Assembly (NCBI GenBank): GCA_963792585.1
Contig: CAWBWI010000003.1
Span: 256,001 to 320,000, forward strand
Reading direction: 5' to 3'
DNA from: Candidatus Eiseniibacteriota bacterium
Lineage (GTDB): Bacteria > Eisenbacteria > RBG-16-71-46 > CAIMUX01 > VGJL01
DNA length: 64,000 bases
The notes under the pieces are model-generated. The model was not told the origin of the DNA and did no database searches. It saw nothing but the letters and a program-made list of their open reading frames with translations. Below are positions 9,723 to 23,091 of the stretch, in pieces (the stretch's first letter is position 1; each line of letters starts with the position of its first letter). Both the position numbers and the translations under genes were made by a program.

Positions 9723-10448
9723 TTACGCCCCTTGCGCGGGGCGGTCGGCCCTGTTCGCGACCGTCTCGATCAGAGTCAGCGTGCGCTCGTATAGGGCGAA
9801 CGCATCGTCCCGGTTCGGCTTCCTTCCGTAACGCGCCTCGTGGAGCTGCTCCAATACGAATGCATCGAGCCCGAGGGTCTTCGCCGCCTCCCCGCGGAAT
9901 GCGGGTCCCTGGAGCTTCCAATCCGCGCCCTCAATGAAGAGCATCCCGCGGAGGATCGCATCGATCGCCGGCAGCGCGCCGGCCAGATATCCCGCCATGC
10001 TCTGATGTCGCCCCCATGACTCGATGAATCCGCGACGCAGCAATAGATTCTTGCCTTTCGCCTCACGCTCCACTTGAACTCGAACGTGCTCGATCGACGG
10101 CTTCAAACCGGCGAGTGGGTCCTTCCCGGCGAGCACCTTGTAGGCCGACAGCATGCCCAAAATCTCGAGTGGATACGAGTCGGTCGACTGCTCCAGAAAG
10201 GCTGGGTCGACGATCAGGGGGGTGGCGATCCTCGATCTTGCCCACTTCTTCATCCTGCCCTGGAGAAACCTCAGCACATCCGCCGAGACGGGCTCCGCAA
10301 TGAGCAGGAAGTTCAGATCGCTCCGACCGGGAACATGGCTGGACGTTGCCGCGCTCCCATACAGCACCACGGAACGGATCGTTCCCGCCCCGAGCGGCTC
10401 TAGATCCGAGAGGAAGTCACGAACGATGGTGTCGAGATCCTTTGGCAT
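9723..10448 (-). CDS. Nucleotidyltransferase-fold protein (LemA/TPM-associated)
   Basis: VVLYGSAA...SDLNFLL pol-beta-like motif, DSYPLE, C-terminal helical bundle. Confidence 0.75.
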   Translation of the reverse strand: MPKDLDTIVRDFLSDLEPLGAGTIRSVVLYGSAATSSHVPGRSDLNFLLIAEPVSADVLRFLQGRMKKWARSRIATPLIVDPAFLEQSTDSYPLEILGMLSAYKVLAGKDPLAGLKPSIEHVRVQVEREAKGKNLLLRRGFIESWGRHQSMAGYLAGALPAIDAILRGMLFIEGADWKLQGPAFRGEAAKTLGLDAFVLEQLHEARYGRKPNRDDAFALYERTLTLIETVANRADRPAQGA

Positions 10449-10457
10449 CCATCCCTC

Positions 10458-11243
10458 CTAGTAGCCGCTCGACGCGCCGCCGCCGCCGCTTGAGCCTCCA
10501 CCAAACCCCCCGAAACCACCCCCACTTCCACCTGAACCGCCGCCGAACCCCCCAAATCCACCAAATCCTCCGGGGAATCCGCCATAGAATCCCCCTCCCC
10601 GGCCCCGACCAAACACCGATCGCAGAATGATGATCAGCAGGATGATGACGATGATCGAGACGGCTCCCGGTGTTTGCGAGGTCCTGGGTCTTTGGCGAAG
10701 GAACCTCCCGCCCGCGAGGGAGTCCGCCGCTGCAGGATCGATCCCGACCTCTCCAAAGGCGATCCCTGTCACGACCCGAAGGGCCGCAAGGTACGCCGCG
10801 CCCCGTTGTCCTTGCTGGAGCAGCGGGACCGCGTAGTCGTGAATGATCGACCCAACCTTGCCGTCCGGAAGCGCCCCTTCGAGGCCGTAGCCCACCTCGA
10901 TCCGAATCCTCCGCTCGGCGACCCCGTCGAGCAGCAAGATACCCCGGTCGCCTCCCTTCTTCCCGATTCCCCACTGTTCGTAGATCCGATTCGCCGCGTC
11001 ATCGACATCGTAGTCGCCGAGAGTGGGAAGAGTGACGACGGCCATCTCGATCCCACTCCGACGCTCAACGGCATCGAGGTATGCCGTGATTGCGGCTTCT
11101 TCCGCATCCGTGAGGACGTCGCCGAAGTCGTTCACATACCCGATCGGGTCCGGGAAGCGGTCGGCCCCGCTCGTCGGAACAGCGATGAGGAAAAGGAGGG
11201 CGACCGTGGCGACGAGGGATCTTATCGTCTCACCCCGACCCAA
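10458..11243 (-). CDS. TPM-domain protein (YgcG-like) with Gly-rich tail
   Basis: YVNDFGDVL, WGIGKKGGDRGILLL, RIEVGYGLEGALPD, C-terminal TM, FGGFGGGSSGGGGAS. Start uncertain; overlaps the end of ileS. Confidence 0.88.
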   Translation of the reverse strand: MGRGETIRSLVATVALLFLIAVPTSGADRFPDPIGYVNDFGDVLTDAEEAAITAYLDAVERRSGIEMAVVTLPTLGDYDVDDAANRIYEQWGIGKKGGDRGILLLDGVAERRIRIEVGYGLEGALPDGKVGSIIHDYAVPLLQQGQRGAAYLAALRVVTGIAFGEVGIDPAAADSLAGGRFLRQRPRTSQTPGAVSIIVIILLIIILRSVFGRGRGGGFYGGFPGGFGGFGGFGGGSGGSGGGFGGFGGGSSGGGGASSGY

Positions 11244-14200
11244 ACGGTCCGGCCGGGCCCAAGGTCGATCGTCGTCTCTTGATCGACGGGGCCACGACCG
11301 CGGACGATCTCGGTGGCCAAGGTTTCCTCAGCGATCCCCTTGCCGTGACGGGCGACGAGCAACTCGTCCTCGGGCAGCTCCCCATCCCAACAAAGGGTGA
11401 TTCGATCCTCCACGGCATATCCGGCCTTCTTACGCATGTCCTGAACGCAGCGTACGACCTCACGGGCGTGCCCCTCGACAAGCAGATCCGGGGTGATGTC
11501 GGTGTCGAGCGCCACCAGGAGGCTGTGGTCGTACGAGAGGGCCAGGCCCGGGTGGGGCTGATAGACCAACTCGAACTCCCCGGACTCGAGTTCCTGATCC
11601 CCGACCCGCAGGCGCCCGCCGGGGAGCAGCTCCCACCGGCCGTCCTTTGCCTGGCCCTGGACCATCTTCATCGAGCCGCCCAGGCGTTTCCCGAGTAGCG
11701 GGAAGTTCAGCTTCACGACGGCATCGCCCAGGTCCGGCGCGGCGCGATCCGTGCGAATCTCCTTGATGTTCAGCTCCTCGGCAATCTCGCGTAGCAGGCC
11801 GTCCCCGAGCTCGGGCAGCCGGCCGGTGAGAGGAACGAGCCACATCGAGGCGAGGGGCTGGCGCACCCGGATCTGAACCTTCTCTCGCGCCCCCCGACCC
11901 AGCCGAACCGCGCGGAGAACCCACTCCATGCGCCTGTTCGCCTCTTCGTCGATCAGGTCCGCGCGCGGCCTCCGGGTAGTCGGTCAGGTGCACGCTCTCG
12001 GGGGCCATGCCTGCATCCCGCAACGGGCCGGTCAGATTGCGCCATATTTCATCTGCAAGGAACGGGGATCACCGGCGCGACGAGCCGCGCGTAGGTTGTC
12101 AGCACGTGGTAGAGGGTCCTGTAGGCGAAGACCTTGTCCTCGTCTCCCCTCTCGCCAGAAACGCCGGCGGCTGCGCCGTACGTACCAGGTCGAGAGGTCG
12201 TCCACGAACGCCTCGGCCGAGCGGATCGCGCCGTCGACGTCATAGCGATCCAATCGGGTCCGGAAATCTCCGATCAGGCCATGCAGGGCGGACAGGATCC
12301 AGCGGTCCAGGGGGTTGGGGCTCTTCCCGAGCGTCTCTTCCACCTGTGCCGTTCTCGGGTCGAAGCCGTCGAGTTCGGCGTAGGTGACGAAGAACCCGTA
12401 CACGTTCCAGAGCGTCAGGATCTTCCGACGAACCTCGTCGGCAACGTGGTAGCCAAACCGCAGATTGAAGACTGGATTGTATGCGCAGTAGAGCCAGCGC
12501 ATCACATCCGCTCCCATCTTCTCGACTGCGTCGTCGAACCAGATCGCGTTCCCCCGGCTCTTGTGCATCGGCTGACCCTTCTCGTCGAAGACCTTTTCGT
12601 ACGAGAAGACGGCCTTATACGGGGCCCGCCCTGTCAATGTGACCGACATGAACATCATCGAATAGAACCAGAGTCGCACCTGCTCGCGCATCTCCGAGAT
12701 CAGCTCGGCCGGGAACCACTTCTCCCAGTAGGTCCGATCCTCGTAAGTACTTGAGCGTCGAGAAAGCGACAATCCCCGCGTCCAGCCAGCAGTCACCGAC
12801 GTCACGGATCCGGGCCGCCTCGCTTCCACACTGGGGACATTGGATCAGGATTTCGTCGATCCAAGGGCGGTGCAATTCGGGTAGCTCGTCGACCAACTTC
12901 GGCGCAACCGCACGCTGACGCAGTTCTTCGCGCGTCCCGATGATCGTCAGGTGCCGTCCCTCGCACCAATAGAACGGCAGCGGCAATCCCCAGAAGCGTT
13001 TCCGGGAGATGCACCAATCTCCCATGTTGTTGTACCAGTCCTGCACACGCTTGCCGACGGACTCGGGAACCCAGTTGACTTTCTCGGCCTCCGCCTTCAT
13101 CAGCGGCCGGATCTCATCGCGAGGAGATGAACCATTCGTACTCCACCCGGAATACGAGCTTCTCCTTGCACCGCCAGCAGTGCGGGTAGCGGTGCTCGTA
13201 TGGCTCGGAACGGAAGAAGAGGCTCTTTCTCTTCGAGATCGTCGAGAATCGGCTTCTCCACATCGTGGACGTCCATGCCGGTCAGCCAGCCGAAGCCGTC
13301 GAGATAGATTCCGTACTCGTCGAGCGGCGCGATGGTCGGAAGGCCGTGCTCCTTACCTAGAAGGTTGTCTTCCTCGCCGCAGCCCGGAGCGATGTGGACG
13401 ATGCCCGCCCCTTCTTCCTCGCCGACGTCGCCCCACGGAATCACCCGGTGTTCGATCTCTCGCGCGATCGGCAGGTCGTCAAAGGGCCCGTCGTAGCGCC
13501 ACCCCACCATGTCGGCGCCGCGAACGGTCCCCAGAACCTCACCCTTACCCTTGCATCGCCGTTTTCAGGGCTCCCCGGCTCACGTAGTAGACCTGTCCGT
13601 CGAGAGCGACGCGGGCGTACTCAAGGTCAGGGTTCACCGCCGCGGCGACATTCGATGTCAGCGTCCAGGGCGTCGTCGTCCAGACCAGCAACGACTCCCC
13701 AGGCCGTTCCTTCAGAGGGAACCGAAGGAAGACGGACGTGTCCCTGATCAGTTCGTAGCCGTCGGCGAGTTCGTGCTGAGAGAGGCTCGTTCCGCAGCGC
13801 GTGCACCAAGGCATCGCCTTGTGCCCCTCGTAGAGCCACTTCTTCTCGTGGCAGATCTTGAGGAAGCGCCAGATGTACTCGATGTTCGTGTCGGACATCG
13901 TGTAGTACGAATCGTCCCAGCGCATCCACTGCCCCAAGCGACGGGATTGCTCCGCCTGGATTTCGCTGAACCGATCGACCCGCGCGCGGCAGGCGCGGGA
14001 GAACTTGTCGAGTCCGTAGTCCTCGATATCGCGCTTGGAGTTGAAACCGAGATCCCGTCTCGGTTTCCACCTCGAGCCAGAGCCCCTGGCAGTCGAACCC
14101 GTTCTGGTAGCGTTGCTCGAAGCCGCGCATCGCCATGTAGCGTTGGTAGACGTCCTTGTAGGTCCGCCCCCACGCGTGGTGGACGCCCATCGGGTTGTTG

Positions 14201-14349
14201 GCGGTGATCGGACCGTCGATGAAGGACCAGTGCCGTCGCCCTTCGTTCAGGGCAATGCGGGCCTCGAAGATGCGCCGATCGCGCCAGAAGTCGAGGATCC
14301 TGTGCTCGAGGGCAATGAAGTCTTCCTTCGGATCCACGGGCTTGAACAT
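11222..14349 (-). CDS. ileS: Isoleucine--tRNA ligase, type 2 (broken by multiple frameshifts)
   Basis: Consecutive fragments in different frames: [88 protein letters not shown]. Confidence 0.92.
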
Positions 14350-14376
14350 CTATCCTCCAAGTTGTCGCGGAGACGA

Positions 14377-15026
14377 CTACTCGCGGGCGGAGTGAAGCGC
14401 GTAGGTGAGCCCTTCGAGCTCGATCGTGATGTCGACGTTACGCAGCCGGGCGTGATTTCCGCGTATCGATCTTCTCGGGGGCGAAATTGAGGAATCCTCG
14501 AATCCCGGCCTCCCGCAGCCGATCGTAGGCCGCCTGCGCAGCCGTGCCGGGAATCGGCGACGATCGCCAGCTCCGCCCCGGTGGACTGGATGGTGACGGA
14601 CGCCTCATCGATGTGACGGATCCGAACTCCATCCCAGCTCTGCCCAACCTTGGAGGGGTCGACATCGAAAACCGCGACGATCTCGAACCCGTGCTTCGAG
14701 AAATCCTTGTACGAGCAGAGCGCGTGCCCCAGGTTCCCGGCTCCTGCGAGTACGACCTTCCAGCTTCTCTGGAGACCGAGGATCGACTTGATCTCCGATT
14801 TCAACGCCGAAACCTGATAGCCGCGCCCCCTCTTCCCGAAGGTGCCGAAATACGAGAGATCCTTCCGAATCTGGGCCGAATTCGTCCCGGCGAGATCGGC
14901 GAGTGCCGCCGACGAGATGACGTCCATTCCTTTCGCCTCGATATCCTCGAGGATCCGGTAGTAGGTCGATAGCCGTCGGACGGTGAAGTCCGAGATCTTG
15001 GGACCCTGGTTGCGCAACATGTGCAT
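14377..15026 (-). CDS. rex: Redox-sensing transcriptional repressor Rex (frameshifted near the 3' end)
   Basis: RRLSTYYR, QIRKDLSYFGTFGKRGRGY, GAGNLG, FDVD; tail GFLNFAP...NVDITIELEGL lies in shifted frames. Confidence 0.9.
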
Positions 15027-15072
15027 AGTCACCCTCCGCGCGGCCGATTCCGGCCGCCCGGGCCTTCCTCGT

Positions 15073-17660
15073 TTACTCCGCGGCCTCTCCTTCAGAAGAT
15101 TCGTCCTCGGTCGGCGGGTTCTCACCATCCGCCGGTGCTTCATCGGTCGGGATCTCGGCCCCTACGACGCCATCGGCCGGCCCCTCCCCGGCGGCAAGCG
15201 GGGCAGCTGTACTTTCGTCGTCGCCGGTCGCGAGGTGGGCCACGTCCGTGACACGATCCCCCTCGTCGAGCTGAATCAAGCGCACTCCTTGCGTGGCCCG
15301 TCCGAGGACCGTCACCTGCTTCAGGCGGAGTCGAATCACTTGTCCGCCCTGGCTCATCACCATCAGCTCGTCTCGGTCCTGCACCGCCTTGATCGCCACG
15401 ACCGTTCCGTTCCGGCCGGAGATGCGGACATTGAGCACCCCTTGCCCTCCCCGCCCCGTGAGTCGGTAGTCGTCAATCCGACTGCGCTTTCCGTACCCAT
15501 GCTCCGTGACGGTCAGGAGGGTAACGTCCGGCTCTCGGATTACGACCATGCCAACCACTTCGTCATCCGCCCCGCGCAGCCTGACGCCGGCAACGCCGCT
15601 CGATACGCGGCCCATGGGACGGCAGCGCGACTCCTCAAAGCGGATTGCCTTGCCCTTCTTCGTGGCCAGGACGATCTCTCTCTTTCCGTCGGTCAGCTCG
15701 GCTGCCATCAGCGTGTCGTTCTCGCGGAGAACGATCGCTTGGATTCCCGCCCGCCTGGGGTTCGCATAGGCGCGCAGCGGCGTCTTCTTGATCCGTCCCA
15801 TACGGGTCGCCAGCATCAGGAAGCTGACCTCGTCGAACTCTCGGACGGGGACGTACGCCGTTATCCGATCGTCCCGGCTGATCTGGACGACGTTCAGGAT
15901 CGAGCGTCCTCGCGCGGCGCGCGCCGCCTGCGGAATTTCGTGAACCTTCAACCAATGGCATCGGCCCCTGTTCGTGAACAGCAAGATGTAGCTGTGCGTC
16001 GAGGCTACAAACAGGTGCTCGACCCAGTCGTCATCCTTCGTCGCCGCCCCGGTGAGGCCCTTACCGCCGCGATGTTGACTGCGGTAGCTGGCCATCGGCA
16101 CTCGCTTGATATAGCCGAGGTGGCTGATCGTGATCACGACGTCCTCGTCGGGGATCAGATCTTCGATGTCGAAGCCGCCGATCTCCTCACCGATCGCGAT
16201 TTCAGTCCTTCGTTCGTCGGCGAACTTCTCCCTCATCGCGCTCAACTCGTCCTTGATGATGCCTAGCACCAAGGAGCGGTGCGCGAGCACGCTCTTGTAG
16301 TACTCGATCCGCTTCATCACCTCGGCATACTCGTCCTCGATCTTCTGCCGTTCGAGGCCGGTGAGCCGCTGTAGTCTCATGTCGAGGATCGCATTCGCCT
16401 GGATCTCGCTCAGCCCGAAGGTCGCCATCGAGACCGGTTCTGGCCGCTTCCGTGTCCGGCGAAGCCTTGATCAAAGCGATCACTGCGTCGATGTTGTCGA
16501 GCGCGATCCGGTATCCCTCGAGAATATGAGCTCGCTTCTCCGCTTCGGACAAGTCGTAGCGGGTCCGCGCTTCGACAACGACGATCCGGTGGTCCACGAA
16601 GACCTGGAGCATCTCCTTCAGGTTCAGAACCCGCGGACGATTCCCGACCAGGGCCAGCATGTTGGCGCCGAATGTCGTCTGCATCGCGTGTGCTTGTAGA
16701 GTTGGTTCAGCACGACCTTTGGTTGGGCGTCGCGCTTGAGCTCGATGACGACTCGCAGTCCTTCGCGATCCGACTCGTCACGGATGTCGGAGATCCCGGC
16801 GATGCTCGCCGTCCTTCACGAGGGAAGCGATTCTCTCGACGAGCGCCGATTTGTTGACCATGTATGGGATCTCGGTGACGATGATTGCATCGCGTCCGCC
16901 CGCGGATTTCTGTCGATCGTCGCCCGTGCGCGCACGAATATCAGGCCGTGCCCCTGCGTGTACGTGTCCCGAATCCCCTGTCGGCCGAGGATGATCCCCG
17001 CCGTTGGGAAGTCCGGCCCCTTGATGTACTCGCATCAGATGCATCGATCCCGCAATCGGGGTTGTCGATCAGGTGGATGGTCGCATCGATCGTCTCTCCC
17101 ATGTTGTGCGGAGGGATGTTCGTCGCCATGCCAACTGCGATCCCGCTCGAACCGTTCACCATCAGGTTCGGGAATGCCGACGGAAGCACGACCGGCTCCA
17201 TGCGGGTCTCGTCGTAGTTCGGCCGGAAGTCGACCGTCTCCTTTTCGATATCGCGAAGCATCTCCTCCGCAATGCTCGACAGCCGCGCTTCCGTGTACCG
17301 TTCGGCCGCCGCCGCATCTCCGTCGACCGAACCGAAGTTGCCCTGACCATCCACGAGCGGGTAGCGAAGCGAGAACGGTTGGACCATCCGGACCATGGTG
17401 TCGTAGACGGCGACCGTCCCGTGCGGGTGGTAGTTACCCGTTACGTCTCCGGTGATCTTCGCACTCTTCCGGTATGGTCGGTCGTGATAGAGCGAGAGGT
17501 CGTTCATGGCGACCATGATCCTTCGGTGCACGGGCTTCAGCCCGTCCCGTGCATCCGGCAGGGCACGCGATACGATGACGCTCATCGAGTAGTCGATGTA
17601 GGATGACTTCATCTCGTCCTCGATGGTGACGGGGACGAGTCTTTGGGTCGGCGTTTCCAT
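15073..17660 (-). CDS. gyrA: DNA gyrase subunit A (frameshifted)
   Basis: [29 protein letters not shown] (catalytic Tyr), GyrA-box QHRGGKG, beta-pinwheel repeats; split over several frames. Confidence 0.95.
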
Positions 17661-17707
17661 CTTCGCTCGGGTCTCTCCTCGCGCCTATCTATGGCGCGTC
17701 CAGTTTC

Positions 17708-19624
<1,917 letters not shown>

Positions 19625-19628
<4 letters not shown>

Positions 19629-19988
19629 CGCTTCTGCCGTCCTTCTCCTGGGCGGTGCAGGACTCGAATGTCCCGAATCCCCGTTCCCGGGTAACGTTGT
19701 CTGATTCTCTCCAGCATCACCGGCTTGAGATACAGCCAGTGATTCGCCTGGGTCGCGTTCTCCACCCCGACCACAAGATCCCCCTCTCGATTCGCAGCGG
19801 ACGTCGACTCACGCGCTGCGGCAGACCCCAACGACGTCTTCCCACTCAACGAAGATTCGCCGGTCCTCGATCGCGCGGCGTAGTCCTTGTCTCCCAAGAA
19901 ACGACTCCAGCGCCTCCCCGATGGTCCGCGGTCGTCCCCCACGCCTTGAGGATGCGCTGTCCGTCTGTCGGGGCTGCCGGGTGCTCAT
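19625..19988 (-). CDS. dciA: DUF721/DciA helicase-loader family protein (frameshifted)
   Basis: IGEALESFLGRQGL...IFVEWEDVVG, then GDLVVGVENATQANHWLYLKPVMLERIR...IRDIRV in another frame; canonical position before gyrB. Confidence 0.75.
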
Positions 19989-20011
19989 TCGAACCCCTGC
20001 TGGGGTCAGCG

Positions 20012-21151
20012 TTATCGCCCTTGCGCAGCCGGCGCGGGTTCTTCGTCCGGCAGCCTGAGCGGCATGACTAGACAAAGCAAATCACCTGCAGGATTTCCCG
20101 CGGGACGGAAGACTCCGGCCTGGGTGGAGCTCTTGAATGCCATCTCGACTTCCTCCGACTCGATCGTTCGGAGCATGTCGACCAGGTAGGCCGCGTTGTA
20201 GCTGATCCTCATCGGTTCATTGTCGTAGCGCGCCTCGATCTCTTCTTCCGCTTCTCCGACATCTTGGGTCTGCACGGTGATTCGCAGCTTGCCCGGCTCG
20301 AGGCCGAGGGTCACCCGCTTCGTGAAACTATCGCTGAAGATGCCGACGCGGCGGACAGCCGCAAGGAAGGCGTCGCTTCGGACAATGCCAAGTCGATCGT
20401 TGCCTGACGGTATGACCCGCTCGTAATTCGGGTATTCCCCTCCTAGGAGTCTCCCGATCAGCTGGTTGGGGCCGACGTCGAACCGGGCATACCGAGCGTC
20501 CGCAGCGATCTTCACGTTTCCCTCGGCTTCGGGTACGAGGCGTTGCAGCGTGGAGAGCGTTCTTGGCGGGATCAGGACCTTCCACTCCGCGCTCGTCTGC
20601 GTCGCATAGCTGGCACGGGCAAGTCGGTGACCATCCGTCCCCACGAAGCGCACCTCTCCTGCGAGAATCTCGATCAGGACTCCGCTCAGTTCGAGTCTCG
20701 ACTCGTCGGTCGCAACCGCATACGCCGTTCTCCGAACGAGGCGTTCCAGATCGGCTGCGGGAATCTCGACCGCCTTCGCTTCCGAGACCTCCGGAACAAC
20801 CGGAAAGTCGTCCACGCTCCTTGTGACAAGCCGGAACTTTCCTTGTCCGCAGGTAACTTCCAGGGTCGTACCCTTCAACCGGAGTCGAAGAGAGCTCGCT
20901 GGCAGCTCTTTCACGATTTCGAGGAATCGGCGGCCCTGAACGGCGATCACGCCCGGCTGTTCCACGGTGGCACGGACCTCGGTCCGTAGATACTGGTCAC
21001 CGTCCGTTCCTTCCAGTCGAACCCGCCCGTCTTCGGTGGCCCTGACCAAAACAGACGACAGCACGCTCTGGAGGACACTCTTCGACGGAACGACCGATCC
21101 GACCAACTGCAAGGTCCTGAGCAGTTCACCTTGAACGACCGAAAAGTCCAT
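20012..21151 (-). CDS. dnaN: DNA polymerase III beta sliding clamp
   Basis: 379 aa; VGTDGHRLA, YPNYERVIP, YNAAYLVD, LVMPLRL. Confidence 0.97.
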   Translation of the reverse strand: MDFSVVQGELLRTLQLVGSVVPSKSVLQSVLSSVLVRATEDGRVRLEGTDGDQYLRTEVRATVEQPGVIAVQGRRFLEIVKELPASSLRLRLKGTTLEVTCGQGKFRLVTRSVDDFPVVPEVSEAKAVEIPAADLERLVRRTAYAVATDESRLELSGVLIEILAGEVRFVGTDGHRLARASYATQTSAEWKVLIPPRTLSTLQRLVPEAEGNVKIAADARYARFDVGPNQLIGRLLGGEYPNYERVIPSGNDRLGIVRSDAFLAAVRRVGIFSDSFTKRVTLGLEPGKLRITVQTQDVGEAEEEIEARYDNEPMRISYNAAYLVDMLRTIESEEVEMAFKSSTQAGVFRPAGNPAGDLLCLVMPLRLPDEEPAPAAQGR

Positions 21152-21635
21152 TTCGCCCCCACTCGTCGGCTCGCGCCCAGGGTACTGGACGAGCCGCTTT
21201 CATCGTTGTTCCCAATCTCGCTAACGGGAACACTGGAAAACTGTTGTCCACGCTCGCGGGATCCGGGACTGGGCGTTCCGGCCGTCCCGCGACAGGCGTT
21301 TTTGGACCCTGGATCAGGCTTCAGTTTCCCAAGATCATCATCGTACGAATTGGGCCTAGCAAAGGCAAGGCCGACATGTGTTCGAGACGCTGCACCTTCT
21401 TCTCTATGAGTAAATTAACAGGTAGTCGTAGGGATAGGAGTGTTGGCTCCGTGGAGAACGCATGCGAGTGGGTCGGTACCAACAATGGGGCGTGAACGTT
21501 CGCGCCTCCCAGCGCCTGTGGAGAGCATGATGGAAACTTGCGCAGGCGGGTCTGGGTTCTCAACCGTAGGTTCTCTCCACGAGAATTGGGTGTCGACTTG
21601 TGGAAAACGGGTGTCGGGATACGAACACCTCGGGG
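21152..21635. other. Chromosomal replication origin oriC (dnaA-dnaN interval)
   Basis: DnaA-box-like 9-mers at 21244 (TTGTCCACG), 21450, 21517, 21573 and 21599 (TGTGGAAAA). AT-rich patch 21397-21420 with a trio-like run beside it. Gene orientation diverges around this locus. Confidence 0.8.
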
Positions 21636-23060
21636 TCACATGCCCGGGAGAGTCGGAGGGATAATCGATGGCTCGGGCGATACTCGTGGGATCGCGGCCG
21701 GCCGCAGATCTTCTTCGACCTGGGCAAGTGTCTGTCGCAGCGATTCGTTTCCACGTAGCTCTTCTGTAACCCGATTGAGGGCGTAAATCACCGTACTGTG
21801 ATCCCGATTTCCGAACTTCTTGCCGATTTCCACCAAAGTCATGCCGGTACACTGTTTGGCAACGTACATCGCAACTTGCCGGGCCAGAGCAAGTTGGCTC
21901 GTCCGACGTTTGCCCCGCATAGATTCAACGGAAACGTCGAAATATTTAGCCACGATTTTCTGGATGGTCACGATGTCCGGGGGACCGACCGACTGGGCCC
22001 GGATATAACCTCGAAGCGCGTCCTTTGCCAGATCCTCGGTGATCGGGCTGGAGGTCAGGGTCGCCAAAGCCGAGAGGCGGATGAGAGCCCCCTCCAGCTC
22101 TCGGATGTTGGCCCGGATGTTCTCCGCGAGAAGAAAGACCACTCGGTCCGGCACCGACAACCCTTCTCTCGACGATCTTTGCCTGAGAATAGCGACCCTC
22201 GTCTCGAAATCCGGGGGATGGATGTCAGCTACCAGACCGCACTGAAACCGTGATGTGAGACGCTCTTCCAGGCTCACGAGGTCGCTCGGAGGGCGGTCGC
22301 AATTGACCACAACTTGTTTGTTGGCATCATAAAGAATATTGAAGGTGTGGAAGAACTCCTCTTCTGTCCGACCGCGGCCCGAGAGGAACTGAATGTCGTC
22401 GATCAGGAGCAGGTCGAGACTCCGATAGCGTTCACGAAATTCCATGGTTGTGCCGGCACGGATCGCCTCGATCATCTCGTTCATGAACGTCTCTGAGCCG
22501 ACGTACTGCACTCGTGCCTTGGGATTACGCTGGCGCAGGGCAAGACCGATCGCCTGCATCAAATGGGTCTTCCCGAGGCCGACCCCGCCATAGATGAAGA
22601 GGGGGTTGTAGACGTAGCCGGGATCCTTGGCGACCGCCTGGCAGGCCGCATGGGCCAGCTCATTGCTGCGACCCACGACGAAATTCTCGAAGCTAAAGCG
22701 AGGGTTTAGGTTAGAGGTTTCGTCAGTCGAAATTGATGATGTCTGGGTGAGGGACGTCGAAGGCCCGGTCTTCTCGAGCGCTTTCTGGAACTGCTCTTTG
22801 TAGTCCTCCTGGACAGTGAAGGAGATCTTCGGGCTCCAACCCCACGCCTCATGAACCGCCTGGCGAAGAATGGGCAGATTGTGCTCTTCGAACCAGTCGA
22901 TGAAGAACGGATTGGGCACCTGTAGGGTGAGGCACTCCTCGTCAACCCCCAGAGGGGACAGGGGCCTGAACCAAGTCACGAACCGCTGTTCGGTCATCCG
23001 ACCTTTCAGCGTTGTAAGAACAGCTTCCCAGCGCTCGGCGATGCCGCGTTCCTCTGACAA
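21636..23060 (-). CDS. dnaA: Chromosomal replication initiator DnaA
   Basis: YNPLFIYGGVGLGKTHL, LLIDDIQFL, EEFFHTFN, NIRELEGAL, RDHSTVIYA. TTG 23060 after a G7 RBS preferred over 23117. Confidence 0.97.
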   Translation of the reverse strand: MSEERGIAERWEAVLTTLKGRMTEQRFVTWFRPLSPLGVDEECLTLQVPNPFFIDWFEEHNLPILRQAVHEAWGWSPKISFTVQEDYKEQFQKALEKTGPSTSLTQTSSISTDETSNLNPRFSFENFVVGRSNELAHAACQAVAKDPGYVYNPLFIYGGVGLGKTHLMQAIGLALRQRNPKARVQYVGSETFMNEMIEAIRAGTTMEFRERYRSLDLLLIDDIQFLSGRGRTEEEFFHTFNILYDANKQVVVNCDRPPSDLVSLEERLTSRFQCGLVADIHPPDFETRVAILRQRSSREGLSVPDRVVFLLAENIRANIRELEGALIRLSALATLTSSPITEDLAKDALRGYIRAQSVGPPDIVTIQKIVAKYFDVSVESMRGKRRTSQLALARQVAMYVAKQCTGMTLVEIGKKFGNRDHSTVIYALNRVTEELRGNESLRQTLAQVEEDLRPAAIPRVSPEPSIIPPTLPGM

Positions 23061-23091
23061 TAGCCCCCCCGACCCAAGCCAAGACCTTGAG

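Noticed and set aside
10460..10610. CCA/CCG-rich low-complexity repeats
   Set aside because: They encode the ordinary Gly-rich tail of TPM proteins; not a CRISPR or VNTR.
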